Shown in pieces: positions 40,808 to 52,538 of a stretch of 64,000 nucleotides of DNA (positions are counted from its first letter, which is position 1; every line of letters begins with the position of its first letter). Location: contig JAIBAO010000035.1 in NCBI GenBank assembly GCA_019695155.1, positions 1 through 64,000 of the forward strand, read 5' to 3'. The translations under genes and the position numbers were made by a program. The notes below the pieces were generated by a model that was not told the DNA's origin, searched no databases, and saw only the letters and a list, made by a program, of their open reading frames with translations. This DNA is from Burkholderiaceae bacterium. Lineage in GTDB: Bacteria > Pseudomonadota > Gammaproteobacteria > Burkholderiales > Burkholderiaceae_C.

Positions 40808-41626
40808 TCATACACTATCTGCAGCGGGTCGGTGTTGCAAGGCACGGATTTGTTCTACAGGCTTAAAACCCACCCGCTCATAAATACGCTGAGCGATATC
40901 GGCAGGATCTGCTTGTATCACGAGCTGTTTAACGCCCATATGCTCAAAAGCAAAACGCGCAGACTCATAGATTAGCTTGCTGCATAGCCCCTGTTTACGA
41001 TGGTAAGGATGCGTTGTGACCTGCTGATAGCGGCCTAGTCCTTTTTGGGCAAACAAACCGCAATCTGCCAGCAACTGATCCCCTAAAAATGCTCCGAACC
41101 AATAGCCTAGGCCAGCAGCCTGCATAGCCGCATAGCGCTGCATTTGGGTATGCCGAAAATTTCTGTAGCCTGTAGGCTCAAAATCCTGACTATCACCTAT
41201 TACTTGCAGCTCGACTGCATGCTCAAGCTCCTGCGGCAAGCGCAAGGGCCGAATAATGGCTTGAGGGTGCAGGTGTAATGGGACACGCAGACCTTCGGGA
41301 TGAAGCAGCAAGGTTGTCTGAAAAAATGCTTCAAACCCCATCTGCCGGAAAGCTTCCGGGACTTTATAGTCTCCATTGAAATCCACTCCAAACGCCTTGT
41401 GTAAAGACTGCGGTTGCTGCTGCGTGATTTCCTGATTAAACCATTCCAGCCAGACAGGTACATCGGCATCTGTAGGCGGCTTGCGCATGAGTAAAAAGTT
41501 ACCCCAATAAAATGTGGGGTTATGAGGGGTGCGGACAAGCAGGTACTCACCCCGATCTATCACCAAACCATCAAAATAAGCAAATATCAAATGGCTGCGA
41601 AAGCCTAAGGTTTGAATCTTCATCAA
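40808..41626 (-). CDS. GNAT family N-acetyltransferase with an N-terminal extension
   Basis: A 272-aa protein. The C-terminal 130 aa show the GNAT acetyl-CoA motif (QVTTHPYHRKQGLCSKLI). The N-terminal half is uncharacterised. Confidence 0.65.
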   Translation of the reverse strand: MMKIQTLGFRSHLIFAYFDGLVIDRGEYLLVRTPHNPTFYWGNFLLMRKPPTDADVPVWLEWFNQEITQQQPQSLHKAFGVDFNGDYKVPEAFRQMGFEAFFQTTLLLHPEGLRVPLHLHPQAIIRPLRLPQELEHAVELQVIGDSQDFEPTGYRNFRHTQMQRYAAMQAAGLGYWFGAFLGDQLLADCGLFAQKGLGRYQQVTTHPYHRKQGLCSKLIYESARFAFEHMGVKQLVIQADPADIAQRIYERVGFKPVEQIRALQHRPAADSV

Positions 41627-41719
41627 CTTCCCTCAAAAACTCTGCAAATAACCCCTGTTTCATTTTTTATTGACTAAAAATGACATGAAGCCTTGAAAGT
41701 CTAATCTTTGACCTTATAA

Positions 41720-41746
41720 TTAGCACTCAATGGCATTGAGTGCTAA
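41720..41746 (+). promoter_or_regulatory. CIRCE operator (HrcA binding site) upstream of groES
   Basis: TTAGCACTC-AATGGCATT-GAGTGCTAA is a perfect match to the CIRCE consensus TTAGCACTC-N9-GAGTGCTAA. It lies 80 bp upstream of groES. Confidence 0.9.
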
Positions 41747-41826
41747 CAATACACTTTAAGGCCTAGATCCATATTGGTTTAACCCTAGCAAAACTTATTT
41801 AACCTACTGATTTTCAAGGAGATTTT

Positions 41827-42120
41827 ATGAAACTACGCCCTTTGCATGATCGCGTCATTGTTAAACGCGTGGAAAATGAGCGTAAAACTGCATCCGGCAT
41901 TGTGATCCCCGACAATGCTGCTGAAAAACCCGATCAGGGCGAAGTTCTGGCCGTAGGGCCAGGCAAAAAAGATGATCAAGGCAAATTAATCCCCATGGGT
42001 TTGAAAGTAGGCGATCGTATTTTATTCGGTAAATATAGTGGTCAAACCGTCAAAGTAGATGGAGATGAGCTGTTAGTCATGCGTGAAGATGATGTGATGG
42101 CCGTTGTAGAAGGCGCCTAA
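41827..42120 (+). CDS. groES: Co-chaperonin GroES
   Basis: A 97-aa protein with the canonical sequence ([14 protein letters not shown]...). Confidence 0.95.
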   Translation: MKLRPLHDRVIVKRVENERKTASGIVIPDNAAEKPDQGEVLAVGPGKKDDQGKLIPMGLKVGDRILFGKYSGQTVKVDGDELLVMREDDVMAVVEGA

Positions 42121-42240
42121 GCATTCCAGCAGAATTGAAAAAATTAATCCGTTTTCAGGCGTATTTTTAAATAAATTCAAACCATTTTTCTTTTTATGGC
42201 GTCGGTCTTTTGTAACCGTACGCTCTTTGTTCAGGAGTAA

Positions 42241-43908
<1,668 letters not shown>

Positions 43909-43956
43909 TCCCAACCCGTGTTACGGAAAAACTCTTCCGTAATATAACTCTGTAAA

Positions 43957-43995
43957 AAAGCCCGTAGCATAAGTTACGGGCTTTTCTTTTTTAGA
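43957..43995 (+). terminator. Rho-independent terminator of groESL
   Basis: An AGCCCGTAGCATAAGTTACGGGCT hairpin followed by TTTCTTTTTT. Confidence 0.8.
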
Positions 43996-44174
43996 AATAA
44001 AACTCTCAGCCTTTTTTAAACACTAGACCTGTCCCTAGAAAACCTTCAGTCTTGCTCTAAAGGATTTGAAATATGCTGACCTGCGTTATTTTCTTACTTT
44101 AGAGTAGAGTGCAAAAAATTCTCCGTCTTATCGCCTTCCTCCTCTTTGCTAAGGCACGGCCCTAAGCAGCGAAA

Positions 44175-44429
44175 TTAATCTGTTTGAGACTGCATGCGCG
44201 TGCGTGCCTGGATACGTGTGCAACAGCTTTGAATTGCAGGGGGGTCGCTACAGGGAAAAGTATATTCCAGAGCCAAGTCGAGCATATTGTCATAAGATGG
44301 CTTTACCCCTTCAGTAGCGAGCTTAGCTTCTACTTCTTCTTTAGCGGAAGAAAAGGTTTCAAGCTCTTCTGACTGGTTCTTCCTGTTCTCTGCAGGTAAA
44401 ACCTCCTCTAAACTACTTTTCCTGGGCAT
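44175..44429 (-). CDS. Hypothetical acidic small protein
   Basis: An 84-aa ORF with a GAGGAG Shine-Dalgarno sequence 9 nt upstream of the ATG. No known domain. Confidence 0.4.
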   Translation of the reverse strand: MPRKSSLEEVLPAENRKNQSEELETFSSAKEEVEAKLATEGVKPSYDNMLDLALEYTFPCSDPPAIQSCCTRIQARTRMQSQTD

Positions 44430-44829
44430 CAGGAATTTCTCCTCATCTTAAGTGGATGACAGCTAAGTTTTAGCTATTGTTTTCTTCGGCAGCTCTCTAT
44501 CTTCAGACTATGGTTTTTTAAATTTTTCCCATTTTCTTTATCGACTTGTAGAGACTCCTATACGGTAGTGCAATTTTTTGAGAGTGCTGTAAGGAGAAAA
44601 GACTTCTTCCCGTAAGAAGATCTTTCTTTTATAAGGATTTAAAAGTTTGTTCTTTAACAATCAACCGCATTACTGGAGTTCCTGCGCAAACCGACTCAGC
44701 AAGATTTCTCCTACAGCTTTTAACGTATCAGACTGCTATTAGCTTCTTCTTGCCACACCCATCATTTCAAAAAGCACTTTGCTGCTGTGGTTTTGATAAG
44801 TTCCCCATTTCAATGAAGGAGTCTGCATT

Positions 44830-45507
44830 ATGTTTAACTTACACAAGATTAGCTGGAGGGAAGGGATTAACTTTTTTCTAACCGGACTGATTATCTTTAC
44901 TATAGGCTTAGCACCAGTATCTTTTTCAGCCCTCGCACAAGACAGCAATAAACCTTCTAATCCCAGTAGTGTTAGTCCACCTCCTAAAAACCCTTCTACG
45001 GAAAATACGCCATCGTCCACTTCAGGTGCGAGTAATGCTACTACTGCAAACGCAAGCAAAAATGTTACACGAGGGGATCGTCAAATGATGGCAGAGCTGG
45101 CAGAAGCTAACCTAGCCGAAATTCAAACAAGTCGGCTTGCCCTGGAAAAAACGCAAAACACTCAAGTTAAACAATTTGCCCAACACATGTTGGATGACCA
45201 TACACAGGCTCTACAAGAGCTTCAAACATTGGCCAAAAGTAAAGGCATACAGCTCCCGGATAGTCCTGACTTGACGCACAGACTCCTCATCACGACGATG
45301 AGGGCGATGACCGCAGAAGCTTTCGATACCCAATATATTCAACGGATGGGAATCAATGCTCACCAGCGTACAAGCGAACTATTGGAGAAAATTCAGCGAA
45401 GCGCCCAAGATGCCGATTTCAAAGCGCTAGCCACTAAACAATTGCCCATTGTCCAGAATCATTTACAGAGGGCTCAACAGATGACCCGTCCTGCTGTACA
45501 GAAATAG
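44830..45507 (+). CDS. DUF4142-like secreted/anchored protein
   Basis: A 225-aa protein with an N-terminal TM/signal, a Ser/Pro/Asn-rich linker, then a helical domain. Its motifs (DRQMMAELAEANLAEIQ..., AQHMLDDH) recall the DUF4142 family. Confidence 0.55.
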   Translation: MFNLHKISWREGINFFLTGLIIFTIGLAPVSFSALAQDSNKPSNPSSVSPPPKNPSTENTPSSTSGASNATTANASKNVTRGDRQMMAELAEANLAEIQTSRLALEKTQNTQVKQFAQHMLDDHTQALQELQTLAKSKGIQLPDSPDLTHRLLITTMRAMTAEAFDTQYIQRMGINAHQRTSELLEKIQRSAQDADFKALATKQLPIVQNHLQRAQQMTRPAVQK

Positions 45508-45712
45508 AATAAAAGAAGCCTCTCTTGCTTGCTGACTGATCACCCCTTTACAAGAATGACTTTCTAATGATTAAGCGTGCGAGTGCGGCGCTCTCACGCT
45601 AGCACACAGCACTGCTTCAAAGATGGATTCTGAGCCGCATTTTCTAGGGGAGGCTTCAGCTAGGCCGCTCCCGTCAGCTGAGTTAGGTCGCTGTTTTCTG
45701 CACTAAGGCTTA

Positions 45713-47023
45713 ATGACTGAAGAACTGCTTTTTCCTGTAGGTTTTTTTATTGTCGGAATACTGCTCATTGTTATGACGATGGCGAGCTCCTTCATTGCTC
45801 GCTTGCCACTAAGTGCAGCGATGCTTTATCTGGCAGTAGGAATAGGAATAGGACCGGCAGGACTGGAGTTGATACAACTCGACCCTTTGGTTGATGCCCA
45901 TTTATTGGAACGCTTAACAGAAATTGCCGTACTGATTTCGCTTTTCACTGCAGGGCAAAAACTGGGAATACCACTACAGGATCGCCGCTGGCGGATTCCA
46001 GTTCAACTAGCTTCTTTTTCGATGATGTTGACAGTAGGAATGCTCACTGCGGTAGGGGTATGGGCCATGCAGCTGCCTTTAGGAGCTGCCATACTCTTGG
46101 GTGCCATCCTAGCCCCTACAGATCCGGTTTTGGCCTCAGATGTACAGATATCCAAACCTGGCGACCGGGATAGAGTACGTTTTGGACTGACAGGTGAAGC
46201 GGGCCTAAATGATGGGACTGCTTTTCCTTTTGTAATGCTGGGTTTAGGGCTTCTGGCACTGCATGATATGGGTACAGCCGGGTGGCACTGGTTAGCGGTT
46301 GATGTGATATGGGCCATCACAGGAGGCTTAATCCTTGGATATTTTCTCGGCACGGGTGTAGGCCGCACCATTCTTTACCTGCGAACGCATCACCGCGAAG
46401 CGTTCGGTTCAGATGAGTTTATTGCACTGGGACTAATCGCACTTTCTTACGGAGCCGCCTTGTTATGTCATGCCTATGGTTTCCTTGCTGTCTTTACGGC
46501 TGGTCTTGCATTAAGACGGGTAGATCCCACTTCCAACTTTCCAAAAAGGCATCAGGCTATAACAACCCCCTCTCCACGAGAAGCACCGGCCGCGCTGATG
46601 CAAGAGGTACAAAAATTTAACACACAGCTAGAACATTTTGCTGAGGTGTGCATTGTATTAATAGTAGGAGCTATGTTATTTACCCTCGAATTTCGAGTCG
46701 AAGTGATGTGGTTTGTTCCCCTTTTCTTTCTCATCATTAGACCGCTAGCCGTCTATCTGGGGTTAGTAGGAATTCCGATAGAGGCCTCTCAACGTCGGCT
46801 CATCGCCTGGTTTGGCATCCGAGGGATAGGCTCTCTCTATTATTTGATGTATGCCATTACGCATGGGCTAGAGATCAGTCTGGCCCAGCAGATGCTCTCG
46901 GTCACGCTCTATGTCATCGTAGCGTCTGTTATTGCGCACGGCATATCCGTTACCCCTTTAATGAAGCGTTACGAAAGTAGCAGAGCAAAACGCAAAAATT
47001 ACCGAAAAAAAATTTCTTCCTAA
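45713..47023 (+). CDS. Na+/H+ (cation:proton) antiporter, CPA1 family
   Basis: A 436-aa polytopic membrane protein with CPA1 motifs (ILAPTDPV, GEAGLNDG). Confidence 0.8.
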   Translation: MTEELLFPVGFFIVGILLIVMTMASSFIARLPLSAAMLYLAVGIGIGPAGLELIQLDPLVDAHLLERLTEIAVLISLFTAGQKLGIPLQDRRWRIPVQLASFSMMLTVGMLTAVGVWAMQLPLGAAILLGAILAPTDPVLASDVQISKPGDRDRVRFGLTGEAGLNDGTAFPFVMLGLGLLALHDMGTAGWHWLAVDVIWAITGGLILGYFLGTGVGRTILYLRTHHREAFGSDEFIALGLIALSYGAALLCHAYGFLAVFTAGLALRRVDPTSNFPKRHQAITTPSPREAPAALMQEVQKFNTQLEHFAEVCIVLIVGAMLFTLEFRVEVMWFVPLFFLIIRPLAVYLGLVGIPIEASQRRLIAWFGIRGIGSLYYLMYAITHGLEISLAQQMLSVTLYVIVASVIAHGISVTPLMKRYESSRAKRKNYRKKISS

Positions 47024-47278
47024 GCGCACGCTTATGAGGTTTCCCCCTCTTGATCAATATTAAATTCAACGCTTTTCCCAGAAAAACCAATTTTTAAAAA
47101 TCTTTTAAGTTGGGACAAGATTTTTTCCTACATTTATTGGTGGGTATGACTGACCGATTATTTTTTCTTGGACGGTAATCATTGAAATGTACTGAATACT
47201 TCCTTCTCAGAGGAAGAAAACGGTTCATTACAGACAAATTCTTAAGCACTACCACTTTTAATACATAAGGAGCTCTTC

Positions 47279-48286
47279 ATGGCAGAAGTAAAATCAAGCA
47301 ATGCAGACCCCATCACTGGAGCACCGGGTTCTCATCCTATGGGAACAGGAGTTGGCGCCGCGATGGGAGGCGCAGCTGCCGGTGCGGCGGCCGGTGCTAT
47401 GGGAGGACCCATAGGAGCCGTGGCCGGTACAGTAGTAGGCGCAGTAGCGGGAGGTTTAGGTGGAAAAGCAATTGCTGAAAGCATAAATCCTACTGCTGAA
47501 GAAGCGTATTGGCGGGAGAACTACAGTCGTGAATCCTACTATGAAACAGGCCGCTCCTTTGAAGATTATGCTCCCGCTTATCGCTTAGGCTTACTGGCGC
47601 GAACAAATTACGGAGGTAATTTTGAGGATGCTGAAAGCCACTTGTCTGCTGATTGGGGAGCCAACAAGGAAACTTCCACCTTGAGTTGGCCCCAAGCCAG
47701 AGAAGCTGCCCATGCTGCCTGGAATCGCGTAACCGAACAAACTCAAAATGCGGGAAGTATTACTTCCTCTACTTCTAGTAATCCCTCTGCCTTTTCCTCA
47801 TCAGCACGTAACACCCCACAAACTGATGATGAGATCGATAATGATGAAGTGATTGATGTTTTAAATGATCTGCTTGAGTCTTGTCGCGATGGAGAATACG
47901 GGTTTAAAACCTGTGCCGAATATATACGCTCTGCCAATCTCAAAACTATTTTAACCCAGCGTTCCACACAGTGCCGTGAGGCAGGCGAACAATTGCAGAG
48001 TCTCATCAGAGAGTTGGGAGGAGATCCGGATGAAGGGGGCTCAGTTACGGGCATGCTGCATCGAGGTTGGGTATCGGTACGTGGAACCTTAAGTACTCAT
48101 AGTGACCAAGCAATGTTAGATGAGTGTGAGCGCGGCGAAGACGCTGCAGTCGCTCGTTATCGCAAAGCTCTTCAAGAGAAACTACCTCCCGCCATCCGAA
48201 CCGTAGTCGAACGTCAGGCTCAAGGTGCACAACGTAACCACGACCAGATTAAAGCTATGCGAGATTCTTTAGAGGGGAAGAGTTGA
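47279..48286 (+). CDS. Fusion protein with a Gly-zipper N-terminus and a C-terminal PA2169/DUF2383-like four-helix domain
   Basis: A 335-aa protein. The N-terminus has glycine-zipper repeats (GAAMGGAAAGAAAGAMGGPIGAVAG). The middle has a YWRENYSRESYYETGRSFEDYAPAYRLG module. The C-terminus (VIDVLNDLLESCRDGEYGF...DECERGEDAAVARYRKAL) resembles the PA2169 family. Confidence 0.5.
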   Translation: MAEVKSSNADPITGAPGSHPMGTGVGAAMGGAAAGAAAGAMGGPIGAVAGTVVGAVAGGLGGKAIAESINPTAEEAYWRENYSRESYYETGRSFEDYAPAYRLGLLARTNYGGNFEDAESHLSADWGANKETSTLSWPQAREAAHAAWNRVTEQTQNAGSITSSTSSNPSAFSSSARNTPQTDDEIDNDEVIDVLNDLLESCRDGEYGFKTCAEYIRSANLKTILTQRSTQCREAGEQLQSLIRELGGDPDEGGSVTGMLHRGWVSVRGTLSTHSDQAMLDECERGEDAAVARYRKALQEKLPPAIRTVVERQAQGAQRNHDQIKAMRDSLEGKS

Positions 48287-48534
48287 TTTAGCCTCACAAA
48301 AATCTGGAACTAGAAAAATTGAGTGCTCTTCGCCCCTGCACTTTCAACCTATCTTTATTAGGGATAAGTTTTAATGGGTTTTCGCTAGCGAGAGAGCAAC
48401 GAGGCTAAGGGCTTGAACGCTTCTACTCACCACTATAGTGAGAGGTTCCGCCAGAGAGCAATCAGTTGGCCTGTTAGCATTGCCTAGTAATGGTCTTGAA
48501 ATACTTCTGGTAATTTGGTGCGTGAAAAAAAACC

Positions 48535-50346
48535 TTAGTCGGGTGCGGGAGTGGTCTGCAAAACTTCACTCACTGAGGTAATTCCTGTCGCTACCCGAAG
48601 AAGACCACTCAAGCGCAACGGATACATACCATCAGCAATCGCTTGTTTACGTAAGGCACTGGTATCTGGTGCCTTAGTAATCAAGCCTTTCAAAGCATCA
48701 GTCATTACTAGCAGCTCATATAAGCCTGTACGTCTTTTAAATCCTGTCATACGGCATTCAATACAGCCTTGCGCCCGATAAGGAAAAAATGCAGAGGGCG
48801 CATTCTGATCAAGCTGCCAAGGTTTTACTAAAAGCATAAGATCAGAAAAAGTAAAATTTTCTTCAGGTCGTTTGCAATGGGGGCAAAAGGTTCTTACCAA
48901 GCGTTGTGCCAGTACCCCCAGTAAAGTAGCATTAATCAGATAAGGAGGCACCCCCAGCTCCACTAAGCGACTGATGGCACTGGGTGCATCGTTAGTATGT
49001 AAACTGGAAAATACAAGGTGCCCTGTAAGTGCCGCTTGTACTGCCATTTCAGCAGTTTCTAAATCACGAATTTCCCCTACCATAATAATGTCTGGATCTT
49101 GCCGCATAAGGCTGCGCAAGCCAGCAGCAAACCCTAAATCTAAGTGAGGCTGAACTTGCATCTGATTAAAAGAAGCTTCAATCATTTCGATGGGGTCTTC
49201 CAATGTACAGACATTCACTTGATCAGTAGCCAAACGCCGTAAAGTGGAATACAAGGTTGTAGTTTTACCTGAGCCAGTAGGGCCTGTTACCAAGATAATT
49301 CCATGCGGCCTGGACACCAGCTCCTTCCACCGAGCCGCATCCCGCGCGCCAAAACCCAACGCATCTAAGTCTTGTATTACGACTTCTGGGTCAAAAATAC
49401 GCATGACAAGTTTTTCGCCAAATGCTGTGGGCAATGTAGACAATCTCATTTCCACTTCGTCCCCACCAGGGTTTTTTGTTTTAATACGCCCATCTTGGGG
49501 ACGCCGTTTTTCCACTACATCCATTCGCCCCAATAGCTTGATTCGACTCGTCATTGCAGCCATGACCCCCATGGGCACTTGATAGACCGTATGCAAGAGG
49601 CCATCGATTCTGAATCGAATCACCCCAATATCGCGTCGGGGTTCTAGATGAATATCGCTGGCACGCTGATCAAAAGCATATTGCCACAACCAGTCCACCA
49701 CCTGAACTACGCCAGAATCATTAGCATCTAGGGTTTTGCTGCTACGGTTAAGTTCAACGAGTTGTTCGAAATTTCTAGCCGCAGTAGCTCCACCCGCTTT
49801 TTGTGCTTCCTTTACCGAACGCGCTAAGGAAAAAAACTCAGTGGTATAACGGCTAATTTCGCTAGGACTAGCCACTACTAAAGCTATTCGCTTATGAAAT
49901 TGCCGCTCTACTTCTGCAATCCAGCTGGTAGCAAAGGGTTCGCAGGTCGCTACTGTTACTTCAGTAGGAGTCACACTTACGGGTAGCACAAGATGCCGCT
50001 CGGCATAGTTGATACTCATAACATCGGCTACACGAGCTACATCTACCTTAAGAGGATCAATCCGTAAGTAAGGTAACCCACAGCGTTTAGCCAACCATTG
50101 CGTGAGGGCTTCAATATCCAAAACTTTTCCATCAGTAGCCCGATGAGTACCGATATTACTTAAGCGCATGAGAGGATGCTGTCCGCTACTGGCTGCCGCA
50201 CAACGCTGACTCACGCGCTCCAGTTCTTCAGCGCTAATCAACTTATCTTCGTGCAGCCACACTAAAAGATCACGCCAATTGAGTTTACCTGTAGGTCTGG
50301 AGGTAAACTGCCCAGAAAAAGGTGGGGCAAAAGAAGGAGTGGACAT
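48535..50346 (-). CDS. GspE/PilB-family secretion ATPase (orphan)
   Basis: A 603-aa protein with an N-terminal GSPII_E_N-like domain, Walker A (GPTGSGKTT), an Asp box, a His box and a tetracysteine motif (CPHC...CIEC). No partner platform or pilin genes are adjacent. Confidence 0.8.
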   Translation of the reverse strand: MSTPSFAPPFSGQFTSRPTGKLNWRDLLVWLHEDKLISAEELERVSQRCAAASSGQHPLMRLSNIGTHRATDGKVLDIEALTQWLAKRCGLPYLRIDPLKVDVARVADVMSINYAERHLVLPVSVTPTEVTVATCEPFATSWIAEVERQFHKRIALVVASPSEISRYTTEFFSLARSVKEAQKAGGATAARNFEQLVELNRSSKTLDANDSGVVQVVDWLWQYAFDQRASDIHLEPRRDIGVIRFRIDGLLHTVYQVPMGVMAAMTSRIKLLGRMDVVEKRRPQDGRIKTKNPGGDEVEMRLSTLPTAFGEKLVMRIFDPEVVIQDLDALGFGARDAARWKELVSRPHGIILVTGPTGSGKTTTLYSTLRRLATDQVNVCTLEDPIEMIEASFNQMQVQPHLDLGFAAGLRSLMRQDPDIIMVGEIRDLETAEMAVQAALTGHLVFSSLHTNDAPSAISRLVELGVPPYLINATLLGVLAQRLVRTFCPHCKRPEENFTFSDLMLLVKPWQLDQNAPSAFFPYRAQGCIECRMTGFKRRTGLYELLVMTDALKGLITKAPDTSALRKQAIADGMYPLRLSGLLRVATGITSVSEVLQTTPAPD

Positions 50347-50452
50347 TTAAAAACTTAAGTAAGAATGCAGCAGAAGGGTAGTTTGCAAGAACTTGGAACT
50401 CACTGCCAATCCCAGGTTCCCAAAGTACAGCTGAAAGTAGCAAACTCTAAAT

Positions 50453-51256
50453 TTATTTATTACGACCTTCTAATATATCTTGAGGTGAAATTGACGGCAG
50501 ATCAGCCGTATGCGCTTTTACAGAAGCATCGGGTTGACGGGATTGATCAATTCGACGGGCGCCATTAAAGCGGTTAATCCAGTAAGGTGTATTTAAGCTT
50601 TCCACTCGGACCTTACCACCACTAGAAGGTGCATGGACAAACTTACCTTCTCCTATATAAATTCCTACATGAGAAAAAGCGCGCTTTAGGGTATTAAAAA
50701 ACACCAGATCTCCAGGCTTAAGCTCTTCTTTACCCACCGTATCTCCTAGCTGACTCATTTCCACAGCTCGCCTCGGGAGGATCAAACCAAAAGTTTCCTT
50801 GAAAACCAATCGCACTAAACCTGAGCAATCTAGCCCAGTTTCCGGTGCATTGCCTCCAAAACGATAGCGTACACCCAGTAAGCCCATTGCATTCATCACA
50901 ATTTCTGAAGCGCCTTGCACAACATTAAGGGTGCCACCTTCGATCTGCTGGATCAATGAGTCCAGCGTAAACTCGGTCTGTTGCTCCGGTTTTAAGGAGG
51001 AATTGCTCTCATAACGTTGCTGTGCCATAGCCTTTAAGCCCGTCATAAACGGGCAAAGGATGAGGCATAGCACAAAAATACGCAATAAAAACAAAGGCTT
51101 ATCCTTTAAAAAGAAAACCAGGACTATAAGTCTATTCCAAGGCTGCTGAGGAGGCAAGAGCAGCCTCAGCGGCGCTGCCTCATTGTTTCGTAAAGACACA
51201 CTGCACCGGCTGCCGCAACGTTTAAAGACTGGGCTTGACCGGGCATTGGAATACAA
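50453..51256 (-). CDS. NlpC/P60 (C40) peptidoglycan endopeptidase
   Basis: The catalytic Cys (GLDCSGLV) and His (FSHVGIY) are present. The start is uncertain; the track start at 51256 overlaps the trmH 3' end by 91 nt. Confidence 0.75.
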   Translation of the reverse strand: MYSNARSSPVFKRCGSRCSVSLRNNEAAPLRLLLPPQQPWNRLIVLVFFLKDKPLFLLRIFVLCLILCPFMTGLKAMAQQRYESNSSLKPEQQTEFTLDSLIQQIEGGTLNVVQGASEIVMNAMGLLGVRYRFGGNAPETGLDCSGLVRLVFKETFGLILPRRAVEMSQLGDTVGKEELKPGDLVFFNTLKRAFSHVGIYIGEGKFVHAPSSGGKVRVESLNTPYWINRFNGARRIDQSRQPDASVKAHTADLPSISPQDILEGRNK

Positions 51257-51945
51257 ACTCGATGATCTGCTAGATCTAGAAGCTGGGGAGAAAGGCCCTG
51301 CCCCTCATGACCCAAAGCCCAGGCCACAGGATTGCGCAGATCTAGCTTATCTAAATCAATGGCATCCTTTTGCAAACTCGTTGCCATCAGAGGCACTCGA
51401 AGCCGCTTCATAATGTTTTGGGAAGCCACTCCCTCTTCGATATTCATCCAAAACTGTGCGCCTTGCCCTGCTCGCAATGCTTTCATGGACCAGGCGCTTG
51501 CAGAACCTGCTGTAAGGATGACACTACTTACCCCAAATGCCCAGGCACACCTCAATAAAGTTCCTATATTACCGGGATCTTGTACTCCATCAATAACCAC
51601 TGCATCGTGATCTATAAGGTTAAGAGGCAGTAAAGCAGGTATTGTTAACAAAGCCACCACTTTAGAAGGGCTTTCAAGCTGAGAAATCAATGCCATTACA
51701 TTGCTGCTAACCATTACTTTCTGACGAGCTTGTACTTCAACAAAGGGGGAGTTCTCAAGACAGATGAGGGTATCTACTTGCCAGCCTGCAGTTTGCGCCT
51801 CCACTAACAAATGCTCTCCTTCTACCCACACCAGTCCTTCATCACGACGGATTTTGGGAATAGTGGCCAGTTCGCGCCAACGTTTGACTTGGGGATTAGA
51901 GCGCGAAGCAATCAACGGAATCTGGCTCAAGACACAGCTTTCCAA
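51166..51945 (-). CDS. TrmH/SpoU-family RNA 2'-O-methyltransferase
   Basis: A 259-aa protein with the SPOUT motifs (GNIGTLLR, ...LNVAAAGAV). Confidence 0.8.
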   Translation of the reverse strand: MESCVLSQIPLIASRSNPQVKRWRELATIPKIRRDEGLVWVEGEHLLVEAQTAGWQVDTLICLENSPFVEVQARQKVMVSSNVMALISQLESPSKVVALLTIPALLPLNLIDHDAVVIDGVQDPGNIGTLLRCAWAFGVSSVILTAGSASAWSMKALRAGQGAQFWMNIEEGVASQNIMKRLRVPLMATSLQKDAIDLDKLDLRNPVAWALGHEGQGLSPQLLDLADHRVCIPMPGQAQSLNVAAAGAVCLYETMRQRR

Positions 51946-52538
51946 AGCGGCGCTAGTGCCACCGGTTTGAAACTGCGCCGGTGCGCCGGGGTAGCGCCTA
52001 ATAGATGTAATTGACGCATATGTTCTGCTGTGCCGTACCCTTTATGTCTTTCAAATCCAAAGCCAGGATATTGCTGTGCAAGCTGATATGCTTCTGCATC
52101 CCGAGCACATTTTGCAAGAATAGAAGCCGCAGAAATTGCGGGAACTAAGGCATCTCCTTTGATGATGGTTTGTACAGGTACTGATAACTGCGGCCGCTGG
52201 TTACCATCCACTAATACTTCAGTCGGTGTCACCACAAGTCGCTCAACCGCACGCTGCATGGCCAATAAAGTAGCTTGTAAAATATTAATGCTGTCAATTT
52301 CCTCTACACCTGCCCATGCTACCGACCATGCCACCGCATTGCGCTTAATTTCTTGCGCGAGAACTTCACGCCTTTTTGCGCTAAGTTTTTTAGAGTCTTT
52401 TAAACCCACGATGGGTTTTTCGGGATGCAAAATAACCGCGGCCGCATATACGCTGCCTGCTAAAGGACCACGGCCAGCCTCATCTACTCCCGCCACTGTA
52501 GGGGCAAGCCTAAGATTCAATAGCTCAGATTGGCTCAT
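51927..52538 (-). CDS. rnhB: Ribonuclease HII
   Basis: A 203-aa protein with the conserved DEAGRGP active site. Confidence 0.9.
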   Translation of the reverse strand: MSQSELLNLRLAPTVAGVDEAGRGPLAGSVYAAAVILHPEKPIVGLKDSKKLSAKRREVLAQEIKRNAVAWSVAWAGVEEIDSINILQATLLAMQRAVERLVVTPTEVLVDGNQRPQLSVPVQTIIKGDALVPAISAASILAKCARDAEAYQLAQQYPGFGFERHKGYGTAEHMRQLHLLGATPAHRRSFKPVALAPLWKAVS

